64,000 nucleotides of DNA from a candidate division FCPU426 bacterium (GTDB taxonomy: Bacteria > Oederibacteriota > Muellerivitia > Muellerivitales > Muellerivitaceae). Where the stretch lies: positions 44,392 through 108,391 of the forward strand of contig CAWKAR010000052.1 in NCBI GenBank assembly GCA_963847625.1, given 5' to 3'. Shown here piece after piece: positions 51,219 through 59,503 of this stretch (positions within the stretch are counted from its first letter, which is position 1; each line of letters begins with the position of its first letter). The notes below the pieces were generated by a model, which did not search any database, was not told where the DNA came from, and saw only the letters and a program-made list of their open reading frames with translations. The translations under genes were made by a program, and so were the position numbers.

Positions 51219-51514
51219 TTGCGGTTTTTTTCGGATAGGTTTTCAAAAATATTCGCATCACAACCCTTGCCTTGTACGGTCATCCATCTATGCATTAAAT
51301 AGAGCTTTGGCGTTTCCGTCTCCACCCATGGATCTAAACGCTTTTTATCGGCTTATGCGGCGGGTGGGTTGAATAAACCGAAAGGATGTCCTGGTTTATG
51401 GAAAATTTAATATGGAGAGGCTTCATTGTCCTTATTCACCCGGCTGAACCGTTTCATCCGAATTGAAAAATACCACCATCTATCCTCAAAAGCTTTTCTC
51501 ACTAGGAGGGAGGA

Positions 51515-52237
51515 ATGAATTTCGCCATCATCCTGCCGGTTTACAACGAGGCTCCTACCTTAGAGCGCGTGCTTCGCAAACTTACCGAGTTCAAGGAAGC
51601 CGACGTGGTCATCGTGGATGACGGATCCACAGATGCGACCCCTTCGATATTGAAAGGGGTTTCCGCCAAGGCGGTCATTCGTCACGAGCGGAACGAGGGC
51701 TACGGCAAGTCTCTTATGGACGGATTCGACTTCGCCAAGGACAACCACTATGTCCATTGCGTCACCATGGACGCGGACGAACAGCACGAGCCCTATTACA
51801 TCCATTGTCTTTTAGACAAACTGCAAAGGTTCGATATCGTCTCCGGAAGTCGTTACCTGGACCTCCTCTTATCCAAGGGAACGCCCCCGCCCGAGCGGCT
51901 GGAAATCAACCGGATCATCACCGAAAAATTGAGGGACCTGACCGGTTACCATTTAACCGACAGTTTTTGCGGGTTCAAGGGGTACCGCGTGGAGGGGCTT
52001 CTCAAGATGCGGCTGACCGAGACCAACTATGGTTTTCCCATCCAAGCTTGGCTCCAGGCGGCCAAGGCCGGCTTGACGGTGACCGAATGCGCCGTGCCGC
52101 TTATCTATACGGACCACAGCCGGAATTTCAACAACCAATTCGCCACCCGGGATGAACGTTTAAGCCATTATTTGCAAGTGATGGAAAGGGAAGCTAAGAA
52201 CCTGGGCCTTTCTTCCCCAACGAAGCGCCTAAAATAG
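51515..52237 (+). CDS. GT2 glycosyltransferase (DPM1-like, soluble)
   Basis: LPVYNE, VDDGSTD, NEGYG, TMDADEQH, SGSRY, TDSFCGFKGY; strong AGGAGG RBS. Confidence 0.9.
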   Translation: MNFAIILPVYNEAPTLERVLRKLTEFKEADVVIVDDGSTDATPSILKGVSAKAVIRHERNEGYGKSLMDGFDFAKDNHYVHCVTMDADEQHEPYYIHCLLDKLQRFDIVSGSRYLDLLLSKGTPPPERLEINRIITEKLRDLTGYHLTDSFCGFKGYRVEGLLKMRLTETNYGFPIQAWLQAAKAGLTVTECAVPLIYTDHSRNFNNQFATRDERLSHYLQVMEREAKNLGLSSPTKRLK

Positions 52238-52306
52238 TATAAAATCATTCCCCGGTACCCAAAACCGGAGGCGGTTAATCCGGAAGCTTCCCGAAAAGGC
52301 GAGTTC

Positions 52307-53896
52307 ATGACCGATTATGAAAGAATAGCCCCGCCCAAACATGGGGAATTTTATTTTGATCCTCCTTTTTCCATTTGGAAGGAGGAAGCCCTCCGCAACC
52401 GGGAAAGGACCGTCAAGGAAAGCCCTTGGGGGCTGTCGGCCACGAAGGTGCGGGAAGCGTTGAAAATGCCAACGGACCACCCCCTTGTGATGTCCGGGCA
52501 CCAGCCTATTTTTTTCCATCCGGGCTTATGGTCCAAGTGCCTGGCCGCCAGCTCCCTGGCCGAGGCCGTGCAGGGAACGGCTTATCACAAATTGACCGAT
52601 ACCGCCGTCTCCGCGGAGTATTCCCATTTCCTGCCCGAGGTGGAGGATAACGGCAAGGCGCGCCGCAAAAAGCTGGAGTTTTTCACCAACCATGAGTTGC
52701 AAGTCATGGAAAAAACGACCCCTTACGCCTTTTTACCCCCCCCGGATTACGCGGCCATGGACAAGATTTATACCGACGCGCAGGTATTTTGCCCGAAACC
52801 GGTCAGGGAGAATATGAAAGCCTTCGAAACCAAGCTCCTGAATGGTTTGAGGGAAAGCGAAACCTGGAACGGCTACCACATCCATAACCTGAAAATGTTG
52901 GACGAAATTTGCCAAACGCAAAGGCGTTTCCTGGAGGGCAGCCGGATTTGGGCTTCCGAGCCCTTTTTCGAGTTCCTGACCTATTGGATGGCCAACCTTC
53001 CCGAGCTGACCGGGGTCTACAACGAATCCTTGGATGATTACCGGCGCAAATACGGGATCAAACACAAGCTGAACCCCATGCCGAACCTGGGTTTCGAGGA
53101 CTGGTGGTTTGAAATACCCTTCTGGGGCATTACCCAGTACCAACAACGCCATTCCCTCATGGCCAAGAACGACGGGAAGCACATTGTCCTAAAACTGAGG
53201 GGGACCAGCGGGATCTACTCAGCCGATTTGACCACCCTTCAAAACGATTTGGCAACCCTTCCCATCCTGATCTGGCCCAAAGCCATTCCCCAAACGCTTT
53301 TCTGCCGCTTATATCTATGCGATTTTTTCATCCACGGGCTGGGCGGGGGATGGTACGAGGAAGTCAACGACCTGATTTTCCGGAAGGCCCTCAAGATCAA
53401 GCCCCTGGCCTATGGGGTGGTGTCGGCCACCTACCTGGTAGAACCGGAGGAAAGCCAACCCCTGGAAACCATCACGAGCCATGAGAAAATTTTGGAAAAA
53501 TGGGAAAGAAACCTAGAAAAAAACCCCGAATACCTTTTCACGAGACAAGAAAAATGGGAAAAAGAATTGCCGGCTTTCATGCACCCTGTATTCAAGCAAT
53601 GTCTGGAAAATGGGCATTTGGAAAAATTGGCCGGAGAAAAGAAGAAATGGGTGGCCCTCTTGTCCGATCCGGCCCAAAGGCCGGATGCTTCCCAGAAAAT
53701 CAAGGAAATCAACGACGAACTATATGATGGCTGTATCGAGGCAGTAAAAATATTGGAAGTAGGCCTCTTGGATGTTTCCCGGGTGAAAGAGGTGAAAGAG
53801 GTCCTTTCCCACAGGGAATACCCGTTTTTCTGTTTTCCCAAGGAATTATTCACCCAAATGAAGGATAAAGTCAGACTGGAAGTCGACCGTTCCTAG
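52307..53896 (+). CDS. conserved hypothetical protein, distantly BshC-like
   Basis: 529 aa; VMSGHQPIFFHPGLWSK near the N-terminus, FIHGLGGGWY centrally, coiled-coil-like region, terminal LSHREYPF. Confidence 0.55.
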   Translation: MTDYERIAPPKHGEFYFDPPFSIWKEEALRNRERTVKESPWGLSATKVREALKMPTDHPLVMSGHQPIFFHPGLWSKCLAASSLAEAVQGTAYHKLTDTAVSAEYSHFLPEVEDNGKARRKKLEFFTNHELQVMEKTTPYAFLPPPDYAAMDKIYTDAQVFCPKPVRENMKAFETKLLNGLRESETWNGYHIHNLKMLDEICQTQRRFLEGSRIWASEPFFEFLTYWMANLPELTGVYNESLDDYRRKYGIKHKLNPMPNLGFEDWWFEIPFWGITQYQQRHSLMAKNDGKHIVLKLRGTSGIYSADLTTLQNDLATLPILIWPKAIPQTLFCRLYLCDFFIHGLGGGWYEEVNDLIFRKALKIKPLAYGVVSATYLVEPEESQPLETITSHEKILEKWERNLEKNPEYLFTRQEKWEKELPAFMHPVFKQCLENGHLEKLAGEKKKWVALLSDPAQRPDASQKIKEINDELYDGCIEAVKILEVGLLDVSRVKEVKEVLSHREYPFFCFPKELFTQMKDKVRLEVDRS

Positions 53897-54014
53897 CTCC
53901 CATTGGAGCGAATATATTCCCCCCCACCCTTCTGGGCACCTTTATGAATTAATTGGAGTTTTATCTCATGGACATCATTGAGAAACCAGGGACTATCAAC
54001 GGATGAGGGAAAAT

Positions 54015-54467
54015 ATGGAACAACCCATCTTAAGTATCGAGATGTTACCGGGCAACGCAGACCTGGGTCTGCCCTCCTACGCCACCGAGGGGGCGGCCGG
54101 CTTAGATTTGAAAGCGGCCCTAGTCGGGCCCCTGTTCCTCCAACCGGGACAAAGGGGGGTGATCCCGACCGGTTTCAAGATGGCCATCCCGGAAGGATAC
54201 GAGGGTTGCGTCAGGCCCCGCAGCGGGTTGGCGATGAGGCAAGGGCTGACTCTCGCCAACGCCCCCGGTACCATCGACTCGGATTACCGCGGCGAGGTGA
54301 AGGTCCTAGTCATCAACCTGGGACAAGAGACAGTGCAGTTAAATAGGGGTGACCGGATCGCCCAGCTTCTGATTTCACCCGTCGCCCGAGCGAAGGTAGC
54401 CCAAGTGGATCGAATCGACGATACTGTCAGGGGAGCTGGCGGCTTCGGCCACACGGGTGTCCAGTAA
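54015..54467 (+). CDS. dut: dUTP diphosphatase
   Basis: AAGLDL, RPRSGLA, GTIDSDYRGE, RIAQL, RGAGGFGHTG. Confidence 0.97.
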   Translation: MEQPILSIEMLPGNADLGLPSYATEGAAGLDLKAALVGPLFLQPGQRGVIPTGFKMAIPEGYEGCVRPRSGLAMRQGLTLANAPGTIDSDYRGEVKVLVINLGQETVQLNRGDRIAQLLISPVARAKVAQVDRIDDTVRGAGGFGHTGVQ

Positions 54468-54518
54468 AAATAGCACTTTCAGTTTGATCAAATCGTTTGG
54501 CTCGAGGATTTTAATTTG

Positions 54519-55574
54519 ATGAAATCCAACAAATTCCGCCCGGTCGGTTTTAATTTCGGTGGCTGGCTTTCCCAATCCACCCTGGAGGATCGGTACATTG
54601 GGGAATTCATTCAAAAAGAGGATTTTAAGACTGTAGCGGATTGGGGGTTTAATTCCATCAGGCTTCCAGTGGACGCGAAATGGATTTTTGAGGACGGCGG
54701 CCATGGCCGCCTTTCCGCTAACCGGTTGGATTTTTTAAGGAAAATTCTGGACTGGGCCAGCGGGTCCGGCCTTTTAACTATCCTGGATTTACATCAGGTC
54801 CCCTGGCATTCCTTTTCCAAACCCGAACTTGAAAATTTGTGGAAAAACGAGGAAGATTTAATCTCTTTTTGCGGCATGTGGGCCGAGATCTCCAGAGCCT
54901 TGAAGGGGTTTGACGGCTCTTTGTGGTTTGACACCCTCAATGAACCCACCGCCAAGAATTCATCGGATTGGAACAGGGTAGCAAAAAGGGTCTATGAGGC
55001 CGTCCGGAAGGAAGATCCGGACCGGGTGGTGATGGTCGAATCCAATTATTGGGCCTCGGCCGACAAGTTGGAGGATCTGATACGCGAGGTTCGGGGACCG
55101 AATTTAGTCTATAGTTACCACTTCTATACCCCTATGCTCTTAACGCACCAAAAAGCCCCCTGGTGGGGGGGCGCGAAATCCTACCGAGAAACAGTGGGTT
55201 ATCCCGGCTTTATACCGCAGGTGAAGGAGTACCAGGAACGGGATATAACGGAAGAAACACGTTATTTCTTAGAGAGGGAGGGTGGGCAAAAGTGGGATCG
55301 GGAGGCCCTTCGGGAATTACTGAAACCGGTGGAGCGGCTTAGCCGCGAGGGGAACCAAATCCATTGCGGCGAATTCGGGGTCTATGAAAAAGCGCCCCGC
55401 GAGGCAAGGTTGAATTGGGTCCGGGACATGGTGGAACTGATGAAAGAAATGAACTTGGGTTGGTCCTATTGGAATTACAAGTGGCTTGATTTCGGCGTCT
55501 GGCCGAAGCTTCCTGACGGCACAAGCGGGCCGTTGGATGAAGAAATGGTCCAAATCCTTCGGAAGGGCATTTAA
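54519..55574 (+). CDS. GH5 glycoside hydrolase, CelC-like, no signal peptide
   Basis: GFNFGGWLSQ, IRLPVD, LDLH, LNEP, HFY, CGEFGVY, WSYWNYK. Confidence 0.88.
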   Translation: MKSNKFRPVGFNFGGWLSQSTLEDRYIGEFIQKEDFKTVADWGFNSIRLPVDAKWIFEDGGHGRLSANRLDFLRKILDWASGSGLLTILDLHQVPWHSFSKPELENLWKNEEDLISFCGMWAEISRALKGFDGSLWFDTLNEPTAKNSSDWNRVAKRVYEAVRKEDPDRVVMVESNYWASADKLEDLIREVRGPNLVYSYHFYTPMLLTHQKAPWWGGAKSYRETVGYPGFIPQVKEYQERDITEETRYFLEREGGQKWDREALRELLKPVERLSREGNQIHCGEFGVYEKAPREARLNWVRDMVELMKEMNLGWSYWNYKWLDFGVWPKLPDGTSGPLDEEMVQILRKGI

Positions 55575-57905
55575 ATGAGAAAAAGATATCCCCTGATGAT
55601 ATTCGTAGCGGCGTTTCTAGTGGCTGGTTGCGCCCCCAAGACCTCCATCCGGGCACAAGTCCCGTCTCCCACGGTCGCCCCAACTACGGGGAGCGGTCCC
55701 CAGGTTCCTTCCTTGATCGATATACATTCCCCCGTAAGCGACCAGGATTACCAACAGGCCCGGGCCCAAATCAACGGGGAAGAACCGAGCCGGGGAAACT
55801 TGAAGAATTTTTACACCGTCGCCCAATACCAATTCAACCATAACAACTTGGCTGAAAGCCTGAAAACTTACCAAGCCATGCTTCGAATCCAGGCCAACCT
55901 GGCCCAGTTGGACAAGGCCCAATACATGGTGGGCCAGATTTATTATGAAAAGAAAGATTACCTTCCCTCCCTTGCCGCCTTCCAGACGGTAATGGATAAG
56001 TACCCAAAATCGGCTTATGCCGAGCAAAGCCAGGGGATGATGGAATTTATCCTGACCTATTCCCTTAGCCTGGAGGATTTGAAACGCTATGTAGCCAATT
56101 ATCCCAATTCCCCCCTGATTTGTCCGGCTTTGTTCCAATTGGGAAGCCGCGAGGCCCAGGCGGGGCTTCAAGCGGACGCTATCAGCCACTTGAACCCCTA
56201 TACACAACAGTGCCCCGATGACCCTTCCTACTCTTCGGCCCAACTACTCCTGCGGTCCCTGCAAAGCCAGCAACAGGGAAAAAGCTGGAAAATCGGGCTG
56301 TTGGCCCCCATGACGGGAAGGTTCAAAAGTTTCGGGGAATCCATCAAGAACGGCGTGGCTTTGGCCATCCAGCAAGCCAACCTGGAAGGCGGGGTGAAAA
56401 AACCCATTTCCCTCATCCTCAAGGACACGGGCGATCCCGCCCTGGACCCGACCCGGGTCATTCGGGCGTTCCAGGACCTCAATAAGGATAACAGTCTGGA
56501 CGCGGTGATTGGCCCCGTTTTGGCTTCGGACATCCAGGCGGTGGCTCCCATCGCCAACCAGCAGAAGATCACGCTTCTTTGCCCGGCCGCCAGCCGGGAC
56601 GGCTTGTCAGTCGTTGGCCCCTACCTTTTCAGCAATAGCATGACCAACGAGATGCAGGGTCGGGCCATGGCGCGTTACGCGGTTGATAAGCTCGGCTGTA
56701 AACGGTTTGGGATCCTAGCCCCCAACGACGGTTACGGGCAAACCCTCGCAGAAGCGTTCGAGAAAACCGTGGACGCCCTGGGGGGAACCATCACCGCCTC
56801 GGCTTCCTACCCGGCCACTATTACCACGGATTTCAAGAAACAATTGGTACTCCTGGGAGGGCAAGACCCCAATTCTTCCAAGGAAAACGACCGGGAGAAC
56901 ACCCGGCGGCTCGATGAATTGAAATACAGCCTTACCAAGGAAATAGGCAAAATCCTCGTGCGGGCCAGGGCTTTGGCCGCAGCCGCTCCTACTACTACCG
57001 AAGAGGAGCCGGGCGGCCAACCGATCGCTTTCGTGCCCTTGGTGGAAGGGCGTACCAACACGGCTTGTCCTTCTGTTTCCAAGGACGTGAATGACACCCT
57101 TCGGGGAAGCTTCAAGGACCAGGCCGGATTCCAACTGAGGACAGATGATTTGGTCCAGCAGGCCTTGACCCGTCTGCCGGTGGAATTCAAAGGGACGACC
57201 TTGGCGCCCACCGCGGACCAATGGAATGAAATCGCCCAGGAGGCGCAGGTCCCCCTATTGGTCACCGGAAGGGTCGTCGAAACCAATCTCCCGAACGATT
57301 GGAGCAGTGATGATCCCACCTGGGACTACAACATTACCATCGAGGCATACCGGCAAAACCCGAAAACGGAAAAATTCGGCCGTATTTACATGAACCACGT
57401 TCAATACAGCTTCTACAAGCCTTCGAACATGCTTCGCCGTAAGGCGGATTACCAGGCCCTTTATCTTCCAGCTCACGCCTCGGAGATTCCACTTTTAGTT
57501 TCCCAGAGCCATTTTTACGACCTGAACCCAGTTTTTCTGGGGGGACACCTTTGGGAGAACGACACCGTCCTGCGAGAGGGAGCGAAGGATCTGGAAGGCT
57601 CTTATTTCGTGACGGGTTTTTATGTGGACAGCTCGAAAAATGAGGTTAAGAAATTCGTCGATAATTATTTAAAAAAATACGCAAAACGTCCCGACCTTTT
57701 GGCGGCTCAAGCCTATGATGCCGCCCGGCTTCTACTGGCGGCTCTGGCCAATTCCTCCGATCGGGATAACGTCCATAACCAACTGATGCAAATCAGAGAT
57801 TTCGAGGGCGTGAGCGGTAAGACCACTTTCGGGGGCCATGGGGAACCGGAGAAGGTAGTGCCGGTGATTCAGATCAAGGACGGGAAATACAACCAAGTAC
57901 AATAA
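55575..57905 (+). CDS. lipoprotein with TPR/BamD-like region and LppC/LpoA-like periplasmic-binding-protein domain
   Basis: Lipobox LVAG-C; AQYMVGQIYY and YPKS/YPNS repeats; KIGLLAPMTG, AVIGP, AAQAYDA, FEGVSG. Confidence 0.82.
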   Translation: MRKRYPLMIFVAAFLVAGCAPKTSIRAQVPSPTVAPTTGSGPQVPSLIDIHSPVSDQDYQQARAQINGEEPSRGNLKNFYTVAQYQFNHNNLAESLKTYQAMLRIQANLAQLDKAQYMVGQIYYEKKDYLPSLAAFQTVMDKYPKSAYAEQSQGMMEFILTYSLSLEDLKRYVANYPNSPLICPALFQLGSREAQAGLQADAISHLNPYTQQCPDDPSYSSAQLLLRSLQSQQQGKSWKIGLLAPMTGRFKSFGESIKNGVALAIQQANLEGGVKKPISLILKDTGDPALDPTRVIRAFQDLNKDNSLDAVIGPVLASDIQAVAPIANQQKITLLCPAASRDGLSVVGPYLFSNSMTNEMQGRAMARYAVDKLGCKRFGILAPNDGYGQTLAEAFEKTVDALGGTITASASYPATITTDFKKQLVLLGGQDPNSSKENDRENTRRLDELKYSLTKEIGKILVRARALAAAAPTTTEEEPGGQPIAFVPLVEGRTNTACPSVSKDVNDTLRGSFKDQAGFQLRTDDLVQQALTRLPVEFKGTTLAPTADQWNEIAQEAQVPLLVTGRVVETNLPNDWSSDDPTWDYNITIEAYRQNPKTEKFGRIYMNHVQYSFYKPSNMLRRKADYQALYLPAHASEIPLLVSQSHFYDLNPVFLGGHLWENDTVLREGAKDLEGSYFVTGFYVDSSKNEVKKFVDNYLKKYAKRPDLLAAQAYDAARLLLAALANSSDRDNVHNQLMQIRDFEGVSGKTTFGGHGEPEKVVPVIQIKDGKYNQVQ

Positions 57906-57956
57906 GGCAATTCATAATTTCCAATTTTGGATTTAAAATTTTTTTCGAGGTATTCA

Positions 57957-59393
57957 GTGGATAACACCAAGTTTGGCCCACCCAAGGGCATGCGGGACTG
58001 GCTTCCGAAGGAAGTCCAGCTTCGCCAGAAGCTCATCCGCCTGATTGAATCCCATTACCAACTATATGGTTTTCAGCCCATCGATACTCCTGTTATGGAG
58101 AACATTGAGGTCTTGCAGGGCAAGGGCGGGGGCGAGAACGAGAAGTTGATGTTCAAAGTTCTCAGAAGGGGAGATGAACTTTCTAAATATTTTGAGGAAG
58201 TAGTCACTGCTATTATTGAAAAGTTGAAAAAAGTATCTTCCAAAACATCTCTTTTGGAACTTCCCGCATGGTCTCCGGAAGACATGGCTACGGGAGATAT
58301 AAATAAAATGGCCGCTGAAATCCCGGATATGGGCCTTCGCTTTGACCTCACCGTCCCCTTAGCCCGCTATTACGCCAATCACGCTAACGACCTACCTAAA
58401 CCCTTCCGCTGTTACCACATTGGACCTGTATGGCGTGCCGACCGGCCCCAGAAGGGACGTTTCCGCGAGTTCTACCAGTGCGACATCGACATCATCGGGG
58501 GCGCTTCCGATTCCTATGAAGTGGAACTACTTCTTGCCACTGACCGGGTGTTGAAGACACTGAATATCGGTAAATTCAAGATCCGCATCAGCGACAAGGG
58601 TCTGCTGACGGCAGTTCTTCGGCGAATTGGAACTCCCGCGGCAAAAATTCCGGCAATCGCGATAGCCATTGATAAGCTCGATAAGCAGTCCCTCGATGAC
58701 GTAAGGAAGGAAATCACCGGGTTGGGTCTGGACGGTGAAAACCAGGAAAAGATCATCCTCTTCATCAACAGCGCTACGAGCGGCTTCCTGGATCTGAGGG
58801 ATTTTAAGGAAAACAAGATCAATGAGTTGGGGGACAGGATCAAGTCCATCCAGGCTCGGGTGAAGGAAGTGAATCCACATGCCAACGTGGTTTTCGACCC
58901 GCTCCTGGTAAGGGGCTTCGACTATTACACTGGCCCGGTTTTTGAAATTAACATGGAGGATAAGGCCTATAGTTCATCCATAGGCGGCGGAGGGCGCTAC
59001 GACGGCCTGATCGAGAAACTCGGGGGACCCAAGGGCACACCGGCTGTGGGGATATCCCTGGGCTTCGAGCGTATTCTGACTATCTTGATGGAACGGGATA
59101 AGGTGGCCGATTCATCCGCCGCGAAAAGGGTTTTTGTCGCGAACAAGGACCAATCCGAAAAGGACTTGCTGGGTCTGGCCGAACTCCTCCGCTCCAAAGG
59201 TCTCCAAGTCGAAACCTGCCTGGAAAGGAAGGATTTTGGGAAACAAATGAAAACCGCCCAGGACAACGGTTTGGAATACGCTGTCATTGAATTCCAGCCT
59301 GGTAGTGACAAGTTGAAGGTGCGCCAACTCTCCTCCCGGCAGGATAAGGAAATGACCGTTGCGGAGTTGTTGGGAATCATTCAAAAATCATAG
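57957..59393 (+). CDS. hisS: histidyl-tRNA synthetase
   Basis: PKGMRD, LRFDLTVPLAR, WRADRPQKGRFREFYQCD, RGFDYYTG, GGGRYDGL, SLGFERI. Confidence 0.97.
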   Translation: MDNTKFGPPKGMRDWLPKEVQLRQKLIRLIESHYQLYGFQPIDTPVMENIEVLQGKGGGENEKLMFKVLRRGDELSKYFEEVVTAIIEKLKKVSSKTSLLELPAWSPEDMATGDINKMAAEIPDMGLRFDLTVPLARYYANHANDLPKPFRCYHIGPVWRADRPQKGRFREFYQCDIDIIGGASDSYEVELLLATDRVLKTLNIGKFKIRISDKGLLTAVLRRIGTPAAKIPAIAIAIDKLDKQSLDDVRKEITGLGLDGENQEKIILFINSATSGFLDLRDFKENKINELGDRIKSIQARVKEVNPHANVVFDPLLVRGFDYYTGPVFEINMEDKAYSSSIGGGGRYDGLIEKLGGPKGTPAVGISLGFERILTILMERDKVADSSAAKRVFVANKDQSEKDLLGLAELLRSKGLQVETCLERKDFGKQMKTAQDNGLEYAVIEFQPGSDKLKVRQLSSRQDKEMTVAELLGIIQKS

Positions 59394-59503
59394 AACCCCC
59401 AAGGACTAAATCCGGGTTTTGAGCTGAAAAAGGTTGTGCTATCATACGGTTCCTTTAAACGGCCCCTTTGGGGTCGTTTTTATTTTCGACGGGAGTAACA
59501 AAC

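Noticed and set aside
51370..51405. Moco or c-di-GMP riboswitch suggested by CCGAAAGG
   Set aside because: The other conserved segments of those classes are not present; kept only as an unclassified structured-leader candidate.
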